In this document: piece by piece, positions 40,793 to 49,731 of the stretch | How positions within the stretch are numbered: position 1 is the first letter of the stretch | Layout: each line of letters starts with the position of its first letter | Assembly: GCA_018240245.1 (NCBI GenBank) | Contig: JAFEGD010000122.1 | Coordinates: forward strand, 1,901 to 65,900 | DNA length: 64,000 nucleotides | Reading direction: 5' to 3' | From: Spirochaetota bacterium | GTDB taxonomy: Bacteria > Spirochaetota > Leptospiria > Turneriellales > Turneriellaceae | Translations under genes and position numbers: made by a program | Notes under the pieces: generated by a model | What the model was told of the DNA's origin: nothing | Database searches by the model: none | Seen by the model: only the letters and a program-made list of their open reading frames with translations

Positions 40793-41565
40793 TCGCTCAG
40801 CCAGCGACCTTGGACAAAATCGGTTTCGTGCCCGGCGAAAACGATGGTATCTTTATCGAGCGACCGTAGAAATGCGCGACTATTTTCTACAGAAAAAGCG
40901 GCGGCGCGCGGTAACGGTATTTTCTTTTGGCAACTTTCGCGAAAGTAACACTCGTCGCCGGTGAAAAGAAACGTGCCGCTTATGCCTCTGTAATACACAA
41001 CTTGCGAACCCGAGGTATGCCCGGCAACGAGCTCTACGGAGAAATTTGTATGTAACGGCGTATTGCCGTCGATAATTTTCAAGTGTCTTCGCGATTGCAA
41101 AGACATCAACTTGGACTTGAGAACTTTATCTTGTAGCGATGCAACTTCGCGCTGCTGTACAACAACAGTGGCATTGGGGAATTTATCGACATCGAGCGCG
41201 TGGTCGAAATGCGCATGCGTCAACACGATATATTTTATAGCTTGAGGGGTTAATCCTAAATCACCGAGCAAGCTTTCTACCGAACGAAAATTGCGCAGCG
41301 AAAAGCGCCGGCGGAGCGCAGCGTCGGAAAAGCCACAGTCGACGAGCGTATTATCTCCCGAACTGTCGCGCACGAGGTAAGCGAGCCAGTTCAGTTTTAC
41401 CGTGCCGCTTTTTTGAAGACCGTTGACGAGCTGCGCCGGGTAATCGCTCACCGCATAGCGGAGCGCATAGATTTGCGGCGCTAAGACGGCATTCTTGTTT
41501 TGCGTATTATGGCAGCCGAGCGCGACGCACCAGAATATGCACGCGAGAAAAAAGCATGCGCGCAC
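40759..41565 (-). CDS. Metallo-beta-lactamase-fold hydrolase lipoprotein (lactonase-like)
   Basis: Lipobox CVALGCHN. MBL motif VLTHAHFDHALD plus LVDCGFSD and a C-terminal GHT/GHE histidine. Confidence 0.8.
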   Translation of the reverse strand: MRACFFLACIFWCVALGCHNTQNKNAVLAPQIYALRYAVSDYPAQLVNGLQKSGTVKLNWLAYLVRDSSGDNTLVDCGFSDAALRRRFSLRNFRSVESLLGDLGLTPQAIKYIVLTHAHFDHALDVDKFPNATVVVQQREVASLQDKVLKSKLMSLQSRRHLKIIDGNTPLHTNFSVELVAGHTSGSQVVYYRGISGTFLFTGDECYFRESCQKKIPLPRAAAFSVENSRAFLRSLDKDTIVFAGHETDFVQGRWLSDYIFFFDGSVT

Positions 41566-41567
41566 CG

Positions 41568-43316
41568 CTATCGATCTTGCTCGAGAATACCTTTCGGTAT
41601 CGCGGCGGGAATCTCAATCGTGCTGAAGTCGGCCCGCTCTTTCGAGACGACTCGATACATCTTGAAGTAATCCATAAAATCGTAGTGCGGTAATAAGAGT
41701 TTCTTCTGATAATTATACGCGCCGTGGACTACATAATGCCAGAAGCCCTTGAAGCCTTTACGCCACGCCGGGTGCCACGGGTATTCGTGTACCGAACGAA
41801 ATGTAATCGAAGCTTCGTCGAACGGCAGCGAGAGAACATTACGTTTGTAGTTCGCATCGTTCGTGCTGTAGTCCCAGAACTCTTCGGCGTTCGAGGGATA
41901 ATAAACGCGAATCGGTACGCCGAGCGCTTTCGCCGCTTTGCCGATCGAGCGCATCGATTTATCTTTCAACATATCGCCGGGCACAATTGCGATGCGATCT
42001 TGCGTATAGAGCAAACGAATATAACGATAGTTCTCTGCGTGGCGCAACCACCCGAAATCGCCTTGCTTTGCGTCGGCGCGCGCGCTCATGCGATAGTGCT
42101 TGAGCAAGTTCGGCGCATTGTTGCGATAAACTTGTTGTATGAAATCGAGATCGCTGCGCTCGCTATAATACTTGGCGAGAATGTCGAGCGCTGCTTTAGA
42201 ATTTCTCTTCTCGAACTTGGCGAGAAAATCGGCGACGCTCGGCGATTCGACGACGAACGCGCGAATAATTCTGTGCAGCGCGTTGATATTTACGTCGAAA
42301 TCGAATAGCCAAACGAAGCGGCTCTTCGCCAGAGCGATATACGAATAGTTCGCGTCGGCGGCGACACCCGCATAACCGCCGCCGAGGTTGCGAATATACG
42401 GCGCGAAAAAATAATTCTGCGACTCGTTCGGCGTAAAATACGTCACCGGGTCTTTGCAGTGTGCGGGCGACGTGTACTTCGCTTTGCAGATCGGTTTATT
42501 GAGCGTGTCGGTCGCTTCGAGGTTCTGCAAGAGCTCGCGCTCTTTTGCCGAAAGCGGGCCGGGGTCGCCGAGCGGTGCCGGTGGGTTTTTCAGCATCCAT
42601 GGCGGGGCTTGCGTGGGGGGATTATTATCGGAAGCGCAGCGGAACGCTAATTGTGTTTTTGTCGCGTACGCAATCGCTGCGGTCTCGTTCGTGTTGGGGT
42701 TAAAAGTCTTTTTTAATTTCAAAGATTTGTCGCAGGGGAAAACTCCACTACAAATACCCAGCGGGTTTGCGGGTTCGCAAATATTTTTATTTTTTACCGT
42801 GCACGACGCGCCCGGCGAAAGCTGCCAACTGTTCGACCATTCGGCAAATGCGCTTTTTTGGAAATCGGTATGCGCAGCGCCCGCTTTCAGTTCGGCGAGC
42901 GTCGGTAGCCGCCCCCCCGCCCACGCGCAATAGCGGAGCGTAGCTTCGATATTGAGTCCCAGCGCCGGCGATGCTGCATTTGCGCGACTATCGCCCGGTT
43001 TGTAATAACTATTCGCATCGCATTGCAGGTCGGCAACGCAGCGCGCGTAGTCGGCATTGGTCACGACCGCCGCTTCGATGAGAACGTTATTCGACACGGC
43101 AGGCGCAGCGTCGACGGCGAGTTCGCGATCAATCGCCTTCGCCTCGAGACAAAGATGGCGCGCATCGATATTTTTACAGTCGTTTAGATCGCTGCTAGTG
43201 AATGAAAAATCATTTGCCGCCGACGCGGATGTCGTTTTAACCTTAGCCGAACTACAATTGGCTAAAAAAATCGCCAGCGGTATTATAAAGAAGCTGCGCA
43301 GCGTGAGCGATTGCAT
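41568..43316 (-). CDS. Lipoprotein with an N-terminal FGE/SUMF1-like (sulfatase-modifying-factor-type) segment and an unknown C-terminal domain
   Basis: Lipobox IFLANCSS. The segment VTNADYARCVADLQCD...YCAWAGGRLPTLAEL resembles the FGE-sulfatase domain core (A..YC.W.GgRLPTeaEW). The stop lies 2 nt before the MBL gene start. Confidence 0.55.
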   Translation of the reverse strand: MQSLTLRSFFIIPLAIFLANCSSAKVKTTSASAANDFSFTSSDLNDCKNIDARHLCLEAKAIDRELAVDAAPAVSNNVLIEAAVVTNADYARCVADLQCDANSYYKPGDSRANAASPALGLNIEATLRYCAWAGGRLPTLAELKAGAAHTDFQKSAFAEWSNSWQLSPGASCTVKNKNICEPANPLGICSGVFPCDKSLKLKKTFNPNTNETAAIAYATKTQLAFRCASDNNPPTQAPPWMLKNPPAPLGDPGPLSAKERELLQNLEATDTLNKPICKAKYTSPAHCKDPVTYFTPNESQNYFFAPYIRNLGGGYAGVAADANYSYIALAKSRFVWLFDFDVNINALHRIIRAFVVESPSVADFLAKFEKRNSKAALDILAKYYSERSDLDFIQQVYRNNAPNLLKHYRMSARADAKQGDFGWLRHAENYRYIRLLYTQDRIAIVPGDMLKDKSMRSIGKAAKALGVPIRVYYPSNAEEFWDYSTNDANYKRNVLSLPFDEASITFRSVHEYPWHPAWRKGFKGFWHYVVHGAYNYQKKLLLPHYDFMDYFKMYRVVSKERADFSTIEIPAAIPKGILEQDR

Positions 43317-43452
43317 TTGGTAGCAAAGGCGATTTTAGACACACCGTCAATGCGAGCTCAAAGCAATTATCGCGGTGCGAACTCGCATAGCGAATTCGCA
43401 CCGCGACCCGCAATTCGGCTTGACGTTTTGTGCGGCGCGTAAAAAATGTTCT

Positions 43453-43728
43453 ATGGAGACGACTGCGACGGTTCGTTCGACAGAAGAAACTGCGCCGCCC
43501 GATTATGTCTTTAATTTAATCCACATTTCAATTTTGGCGCAGGCGGGCGATGTGAGTGCCCTAATCGCCGAACTAGAAATTGCACGCGCACGCGGTGCCG
43601 ATAACCGCGAAATTTTGCGTGCGATGTTTCGTAGCGACGACGCTTTCGTTGCCGGTGTGCAGAGCAATGAATTTTTGCGTATCGCCGAAACGCTACAGGC
43701 GGGACTAACCCCTGCGTTGTCTCTTTAG
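43453..43728 (+). CDS. Small hypothetical protein (about 92 aa)
   Basis: The ORF opens at 43375, and the internal METTATV start at 43453 is equally plausible. It ends 1 nt before the next gene's ATG. Confidence 0.4.
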   Translation: METTATVRSTEETAPPDYVFNLIHISILAQAGDVSALIAELEIARARGADNREILRAMFRSDDAFVAGVQSNEFLRIAETLQAGLTPALSL

Positions 43729-43729
43729 C

Positions 43730-45253
43730 ATGCGCAAAATTTTCGTATGTCTTGCGATTTTTTTTATTGGCCATTGCCGTGAGGCGACACAACGCTTAGT
43801 GGGAGATCATAAGACACCCGAGTCGGGGTTCGTGCTTGCGGCGGAAACGAAACTCAAAGGCGATTTTCTAACGGGTGAACAAACGCTATACTTGCGTCTC
43901 AAAGTCGACTCGCCCACAATGCTGCGCGCCGAACTCAGTGCAGCGATAGGCGTCGATACCGCGCTCGCATTATTTTCGAGCGACAAACGATTATTGGCGT
44001 CGACAAACGACGGCGGCGTGGGTGCGGCAGAAGAGATTTATCCCATCTTTCTCGAAGCTGGCGAATATTTCGTGCGCATTACCGGCAATGCCGAAACGGC
44101 CGCACCGTTTACATTTTTTTACCGCCTGTTCAATGCGCCGAGTAAAGTCGAGCGCGAGCCGAACTTCTTTCTTGAAAATGCGAGTGTCGTCGAAAGTCTC
44201 GCTACCGCCGGCTTTTACGGGCCACAATTCTTTTTCGATAAAGGCAATCGAGTACCCGAGCGCGATTGTTATGTAAAAGAATTAAAGGGCTTTGAAAAAA
44301 AGCAACTCTCGCTCAAAGTCACGGCGGTCGACGGTGTGCGGCCGCTGCTAACGATTTTCGACGAGCAGGTAAAAGAGGCCAGCCGCCACGAAGCAAGTCG
44401 CGACGGGGCGGCATTAGAAACTCCGGCATTTGCGCAGCCGAAGGGAAATAAAATTTTTGTTTGTGTATCTGCCGCTGGCGCGCCGCAGCGCACGAGTCGC
44501 GACTATTACGAATTACTCTTTAATTTTAGCGATAGCGTACAAAGCGGCGAGAGCGAACCCAACAATACGGCCGCGACAGCGAACGAAATTACGCAAGAGA
44601 AATTGAGCGGGCAAATTGCGTCGAACGATGTGAGCGATTTTTTTATTTGGCGCAATCGGCGCGATTACCCGGTGCTCTTGCGCGTCGAACTCGAGACGAG
44701 CGAGTTGCAACTGGCGCATCTCGCCGTTCAGAAAGAAAAAGAAAAACCGACACTTTTTGAAGATAGCGCGCCGCAGCGCGAGATTGCAGAGAACATCCAC
44801 CTCGACGTCGGCGAAAGCGTTTATCTGAATATAAAATATCGCGCGGCGTTAGCGAAAAAAAAGTATAAGCTCGTGACGTACACTTTGAAGCTACACGAGA
44901 CACCGTTTAGCGATGAAAACGAACTCGAGCCGAACGATACCGTTCAAGCCGCCGACTTCTTACTCGACCAGACGCAGAAATGGGGCTTTATCAACCCGGT
45001 CGGCGATGTGGATTACTATCGCATCAACATGACTCTACCGGGTGATCGCATCTTGCGCTTCGACAGTAAAATCGACTGCCGACTACATTTTGAACATTTG
45101 CGTTCGGGAAAAAAAATCGCACAGCAAGATGCCGTAAAGTCGTTCGCCTATCGCGGGGCGTTTGCGAAAGACGACTGGGTTAAGGTGCAATGTTTAGGGC
45201 AAAAGGGCAATCCGCCCGAGCGCGTGTATCGCATTGAACTCGCCGAGCCGTGA
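43730..45253 (+). CDS. Lipoprotein with multiple PPC-like (pre-peptidase C-terminal type) domains
   Basis: Lipobox-like IFFIGHC. Recurrent E(P)N..(T/A)..A domain-start motifs (EREPNFFLENASVV, SEPNNTAATANEI, LEPNDTVQAADFL), each followed by ~100-aa beta-rich segments containing D(V/Y)D/F(Y/F) motifs. Confidence 0.6.
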   Translation: MRKIFVCLAIFFIGHCREATQRLVGDHKTPESGFVLAAETKLKGDFLTGEQTLYLRLKVDSPTMLRAELSAAIGVDTALALFSSDKRLLASTNDGGVGAAEEIYPIFLEAGEYFVRITGNAETAAPFTFFYRLFNAPSKVEREPNFFLENASVVESLATAGFYGPQFFFDKGNRVPERDCYVKELKGFEKKQLSLKVTAVDGVRPLLTIFDEQVKEASRHEASRDGAALETPAFAQPKGNKIFVCVSAAGAPQRTSRDYYELLFNFSDSVQSGESEPNNTAATANEITQEKLSGQIASNDVSDFFIWRNRRDYPVLLRVELETSELQLAHLAVQKEKEKPTLFEDSAPQREIAENIHLDVGESVYLNIKYRAALAKKKYKLVTYTLKLHETPFSDENELEPNDTVQAADFLLDQTQKWGFINPVGDVDYYRINMTLPGDRILRFDSKIDCRLHFEHLRSGKKIAQQDAVKSFAYRGAFAKDDWVKVQCLGQKGNPPERVYRIELAEP

Positions 45254-45265
45254 ACTAATCGCTCA

Positions 45266-45754
45266 TTATAGTCTATAGAATGCCGACAGCGCGAGCTGAA
45301 ATTCGTTCGCTTGATTTTTTGTGTAGATCGCCGCCCCGACATGCAGCTTCAAAAACCAATGCTGGCGTGGCGGCAGTAGAAACGCCAGCCCGAAAGGAAA
45401 TCCATAATCTGCAGGGTCGTTGCCGCCGCTATTCGATTGAAAGCCGCCGTACGCGCCGAAGAAAAGAAAATAACCTTCGACGGTTGCGCGGGCCATGAAT
45501 TTGGCATCCTGCATGCGGTAGCCGCCTTCGACGGTGCCGAAGTAGCTAATGAGTCCCGTGTTCCCTTTTGTCAACGCCAGCGCGGGGGTGAAGTTACCAA
45601 CCGACCCCAGCTCGAAGCCGGTCGTGAACCCGACAGCCGTCACAGGGGTGGATGACACTCCGTCGGCAAATAGGGATGCGTAGCTCACGAGGCAGCAGAG
45701 CAGAGCGAGGTTCAATTTATTCTTACGTAGCAATAGCACGCGGCAACTTTTCAA
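45266..45754 (-). CDS. Small predicted outer-membrane beta-barrel protein
   Basis: Signal peptide (LALLCCLVSYASLFADG). Gly/aromatic-rich alternating strands and a C-terminal ...LSAFYRL. Confidence 0.55.
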   Translation of the reverse strand: MKSCRVLLLRKNKLNLALLCCLVSYASLFADGVSSTPVTAVGFTTGFELGSVGNFTPALALTKGNTGLISYFGTVEGGYRMQDAKFMARATVEGYFLFFGAYGGFQSNSGGNDPADYGFPFGLAFLLPPRQHWFLKLHVGAAIYTKNQANEFQLALSAFYRL

Positions 45755-45860
45755 TGAGTGGACACGTGAGCAACAATCGTGTTCAATTAAGTTTTGCAGC
45801 GGTCTGACATTATAGCTCCTTCGCCTTGACGCAATGCGCGGAAAAGTAGACGCTCCCTAC

Positions 45861-46913
45861 ATGAGAAAGATTCTCAATTACAAAAAGAAGACTATTATTA
45901 TAGTCCTCATTATCTCCGCTGGCGTTACATTTTTTGCTCTGAAAAAACGCTCCCCCGCTCCCGAACTCACCGCGAAGGGTACGAACACCCGAGGCGCAAA
46001 GCTGATTCTCGCCGGGCCGCCTGCGGCGGTGTCGTTTCCGCTCGCGTACGCGGTTGCGACGGGCGAATTCAAAGACCTCGACAAAGATATCGAGTTCAAA
46101 ATTTGGATGAATCCCGACCAGTTGCGCACGCTCGCGATGAGCGCTGCGCCGGCGATTGTCGCGATGCCCTCGAACGTTGCGGCGAATCTCTACAACCGCA
46201 ACATTGCGGTGCGTCCGGTGAATATTTCGACGTGGGGTATTCTTTATATTCTGTCGCGCGACAAAAATAAAACGCGCTTGGCGGATTTCAAAAATCAAGA
46301 AATCGCGGTACCGTTTCGGGGCGACATGCCCGATATTGTATTGCAAATTTTGGCGAAGGCGCAGGGGTTCGACGTGCAGCGCGATTTTAAGTTTCGCTAT
46401 GTCGCGACGCCGTTCGACGCATTGCAGCTTTTGCTCACGCGCCGCGTCGATAACGTACTTTTGCCAGAACCCGCTGTTTCAATGGCGCTGCGCAAGGCGG
46501 GTTCTTACCCTTTGAAAATTATCGCTCCCACGCTTTTTCGCAGCGTGTCGCTGCAAAAAGAATGGGGAAATATTTTTAAGCGCGACGCCTCGATGCCACA
46601 AGCGGGTATTGTCGCCGTGGGCAAAGCGACGCACGATTTGGCTCTCATGAATCGTATTAATGCCGGTTACACAAAAGCTCTTGCCGTGTGCAAAGCCGAT
46701 CCTGTCAAATGCGGTAATACCGTCGCGCCGTATTTTGATCTGCTCACCGCCGAGGCGATCGCCGATTCGATGCAAAGTAGCCAGCTCAATGTCGTCGCCA
46801 TCGACAAAGCGCAGGTGGAGCTCAAAGACTTTTATAAAAAATTATTTGAAGCAGAACCGGCGTCGATTGGCGGCAAGATGCCCGCCGAAGATTTTTATCG
46901 ACCGCTGCAATAA
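45861..46913 (+). CDS. ABC transporter substrate-binding protein (NitT/TauT, NMT1-like family)
   Basis: N-terminal TM/signal (IIIVLIISAGVTFFAL). KLILAGPPAAVSFPLAYA and the general layout match sulfonate/nitrate/taurine-type SBPs. The ORF opens at 45834. Confidence 0.7.
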   Translation: MRKILNYKKKTIIIVLIISAGVTFFALKKRSPAPELTAKGTNTRGAKLILAGPPAAVSFPLAYAVATGEFKDLDKDIEFKIWMNPDQLRTLAMSAAPAIVAMPSNVAANLYNRNIAVRPVNISTWGILYILSRDKNKTRLADFKNQEIAVPFRGDMPDIVLQILAKAQGFDVQRDFKFRYVATPFDALQLLLTRRVDNVLLPEPAVSMALRKAGSYPLKIIAPTLFRSVSLQKEWGNIFKRDASMPQAGIVAVGKATHDLALMNRINAGYTKALAVCKADPVKCGNTVAPYFDLLTAEAIADSMQSSQLNVVAIDKAQVELKDFYKKLFEAEPASIGGKMPAEDFYRPLQ

Positions 46914-47710
46914 TGAAGGCGGTCGTAAAAATTTTTACAACGACCGCCAACTATCTCTGGAGCGGCTGGGGGGCGGCTGCGTCGATTTTTCTTTTCATCG
47001 CGCTGTGGAGTTTTGCCGCAGAAGGCTATCCCGATTTGATTTTGCCGGCACCCGAGAAAGTATTTGCAAAACTCTTCACCATGTTGCAAGATACGTCGGC
47101 GCTTGCGAATATTGCGATCACAACGCGGCGCGCACTGTTGGGTTTTAGCGCGGCGTTTGCGTTTGGTCTCGCAGGCGGGCTCTTGGCGGGTTCGACTGCC
47201 GTCGGTGCGATGTTCGCGCGCCCGTGGATGAGTATACTCTTGGGGACACCGCCCGTCGCTTGGCTCGTCTTGGCGATGCTGTGGTTCGGCATGGGCGATG
47301 GTGCACCAATTTTAACTGTCGCGCTTGCGTGCGGCCCTGTGATATTTCTACAATCGATGCAAGGCGCGCGTACCTTAAACGGCGAGCTTTCCGAGGTTGC
47401 AAAAATTTATAATTTGCCGTTCGCGATGCGTTGGCGGGTCGTCTATCTACCGCATATTCTTTCATACGTTTTGCCCGCTACGATTACCGCGCTCGGTATC
47501 GCGTGGAAAGTCGTGGTGATGGCAGAGCTGCTCGCGACTAGCGATGGCGTCGGTGCCTCGCTCGCAGTAGCGCGCAGTTGGCTCGACACCCCCGCTGCGC
47601 TCGCTTGGATTACCGCGATTGTGACTCTTTTGCTGATCGTCGAGTATGCAGTACTCGAACCGATAAAAAGATTTACCGAGCGCTGGCGCGATATTTCGCT
47701 CGCAGCATAA
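46913..47710 (+). CDS. ABC transporter permease (NitT/TauT family)
   Basis: Six predicted TM segments with a BPD-transporter EAA-like loop region (...ARTLNGELSEVAKIYNLP...). The ATG overlaps the SBP stop by 1 nt. Confidence 0.8.
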   Translation: MKAVVKIFTTTANYLWSGWGAAASIFLFIALWSFAAEGYPDLILPAPEKVFAKLFTMLQDTSALANIAITTRRALLGFSAAFAFGLAGGLLAGSTAVGAMFARPWMSILLGTPPVAWLVLAMLWFGMGDGAPILTVALACGPVIFLQSMQGARTLNGELSEVAKIYNLPFAMRWRVVYLPHILSYVLPATITALGIAWKVVVMAELLATSDGVGASLAVARSWLDTPAALAWITAIVTLLLIVEYAVLEPIKRFTERWRDISLAA

Positions 47711-47716
47711 GACGAC

Positions 47717-48481
47717 ATGAAGCAAATAAATTCTGAAAACGATTATTTGTTGCGCGTTGAAAATCTTGCGCACAAATTTGGTCGCGAGAAAGTCTTAGAA
47801 GGAATCAACTTCACCGTGCGCGCGGGCGATGCAGTCGCGATTATCGGCGCATCGGGCTGCGGCAAGACGACGCTATTGCGCATTTGTTCGGGGCTGCTTG
47901 AAAATGAAACGGGCACGGTCGAGCGCACGACACGCAATATCGGTTATATGTTTCAGAACCCACGGCTCTTGCCGTGGACGAGTGCGCGAAAAAATATGGC
48001 GCTCGCATTGCGCGCTCGCAGGACACCTCTTGACGAAGCACACGAACGAGTGAGTTACATGGCTAAATTTTTGGGACTATCTGAAGACGACTTAGAAAAA
48101 TATCCGTACCAACTTTCAGGCGGTATGCAAAGCCGTGTGGCGATGGGGCGCGCACTTGTTATCGAACCAGATTTACTCTTACTCGACGAACCTTTTACCG
48201 GGCTCGATATTGGGCTCAAGAAAGAACTCATGTGGGCGCTCAAGAAAGAAAGCGAAAAAAAGACCGCACTGCTGATGATTACGCACGATCTTTCTGAGGC
48301 GTTAGAACTTGCGCAAGAAATTCTTGTCTTGCACGGCAAGCCGAGCGCAATTACGCTGCGCTATAGAATCGCTACGCCGGTACTCGAAAGAAAAGCATCG
48401 TACATCAACTCGCAACTCGATGCGCTCTTGCGGCAAGAAGAAGTTGCAAGCGCGTACAATCTTGATCTCAAAAAATTATGA
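47717..48481 (+). CDS. ABC transporter ATP-binding protein (NitT/TauT family)
   Basis: Walker A GASGCGKTT, signature LSGGMQSRVAMGRAL, Walker B LLLLDEP. Confidence 0.9.
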   Translation: MKQINSENDYLLRVENLAHKFGREKVLEGINFTVRAGDAVAIIGASGCGKTTLLRICSGLLENETGTVERTTRNIGYMFQNPRLLPWTSARKNMALALRARRTPLDEAHERVSYMAKFLGLSEDDLEKYPYQLSGGMQSRVAMGRALVIEPDLLLLDEPFTGLDIGLKKELMWALKKESEKKTALLMITHDLSEALELAQEILVLHGKPSAITLRYRIATPVLERKASYINSQLDALLRQEEVASAYNLDLKKL

Positions 48482-49695
48482 AATTGCCAGTCAAAGAATT
48501 TCTCGAAAATTTTCTCGAACATCCGCTCTGGTACGCGGCGTTTCGCCCTTTCTTTACGTTGAGCGCAACGTTTTCGATTATGGTTATGCTCGCGTGGCCG
48601 TTCGTCTATTATTACGGACTGCAACTGCCCGGGCAAGCAAGCAATCTAAGCTTTGTCAACTGGCATGCGTATAATATGCTCTTCGGTTTTGTCGTTGCCG
48701 CACTCGCGGGTTTTGTACTCACCGCAATCGCCGAATTTACCGATACGCCGTTTCTCTCGCGTAAAAGTGCTTTTGTCTTGATTGCGCTGTGGCTATTTGC
48801 GCGTGTATCTTTTTTTCTCCCGGGAAAAATCGGCGCATTTCTTATCGCTGTGCCCGATATAGCGATCGTTGTTTGGCTTTTGTTCTTCACTCTCCAGCGT
48901 TTGAATCGTTTGGGTTGGAGAAAATATTACGACTTCACGTTCGGTTTGTTCTTGATGCTGATTGTGGTTGCCGGTTATCACTACGAAGCGATTATCGCAA
49001 CGCCGACGCTCCGCTATCTGCGCGCGATGACCGGCATATGGATGATGCTCATCGTGGTTGCGATGAGTCGCATTTCGATGCGCATCATGAACGACGCGCT
49101 CGAAGCGCACGGCTCTGATCTTAAATACATCGCGCGGCCGCCGCGCAAAAATCTAGCGCTGCTTACGATTTTCTTATACACAGTTGCAGAATTTTTTTAT
49201 GCTCCAGTGTCGCTCGTGGGCTGGCTGGCGCTTGCGGCAATGGCGGCAATCTTTAACTTGCTCAACGATTGGCATTTAAGCAAGGATGCTATCAATAAGT
49301 GGACGGCAATTCTTTACGGTATTTATTTTACGTTAGGTATGGGATTCGGATTCTTAGGTCTTACAAAGCTCTTGCACTGGTCGATCGCTATCGAGAGCGC
49401 CGCTCGGCACACAATGCTCATCGGGGCTGTCGGTGTCGCCGTCTTTATGGTCTTCACAATTGCGGGGCGCAATCACAGCGGGCATACGCTCGACGAGCGC
49501 CGTTGGATTCCCTTCGGAGTAGTGCTACTTTTCGCGGCAATGGTCGCGCGTTTCGTGTGGGCGCTTCAACCAATTGCCGTATTTTTTTGGCTCGCCGCAC
49601 TGCTTTGGATTGCAGCGTTTGCTTTGAGTCTATATTTCATGCTTCCGATATATTTGCGGTCGCGGCCAGACGGCAAGACCGACGCTAGCGGATGA
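48478..49695 (+). CDS. nnrS: NnrS-family heme/copper-containing membrane protein
   Basis: About 12 TM and 405 aa. The N-terminal HPLWYAAFRPFFTLSA...W matches the NnrS pattern (..fRpfFl.a...a....W). The ATG overlaps the ATPase stop (ATGA). Confidence 0.65.
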   Translation: MKLPVKEFLENFLEHPLWYAAFRPFFTLSATFSIMVMLAWPFVYYYGLQLPGQASNLSFVNWHAYNMLFGFVVAALAGFVLTAIAEFTDTPFLSRKSAFVLIALWLFARVSFFLPGKIGAFLIAVPDIAIVVWLLFFTLQRLNRLGWRKYYDFTFGLFLMLIVVAGYHYEAIIATPTLRYLRAMTGIWMMLIVVAMSRISMRIMNDALEAHGSDLKYIARPPRKNLALLTIFLYTVAEFFYAPVSLVGWLALAAMAAIFNLLNDWHLSKDAINKWTAILYGIYFTLGMGFGFLGLTKLLHWSIAIESAARHTMLIGAVGVAVFMVFTIAGRNHSGHTLDERRWIPFGVVLLFAAMVARFVWALQPIAVFFWLAALLWIAAFALSLYFMLPIYLRSRPDGKTDASG

Positions 49696-49698
49696 ATT

Positions 49699-49731
49699 GC
49701 GCTAACGATGCACAACGGGCATCGTTAGCGC
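49699..49731. terminator. Hairpin between convergent nnrS and acyl-CoA ligase genes (13-bp stem, 7-nt loop)
   Basis: GCGCTAACGATGC-acaacgg-GCATCGTTAGCGC. The 3' arm includes the ligase stop codon. There are no flanking U-tracts. Confidence 0.45.

Noticed and set aside
45810-46346. A 178-aa minus-strand ORF opposite the ABC substrate-binding protein gene.
   Set aside because: It is very Arg-rich (RRNRVRERKRHRRRRP), lies antisense to a gene in a four-gene coupled operon, and has no signal or motif.
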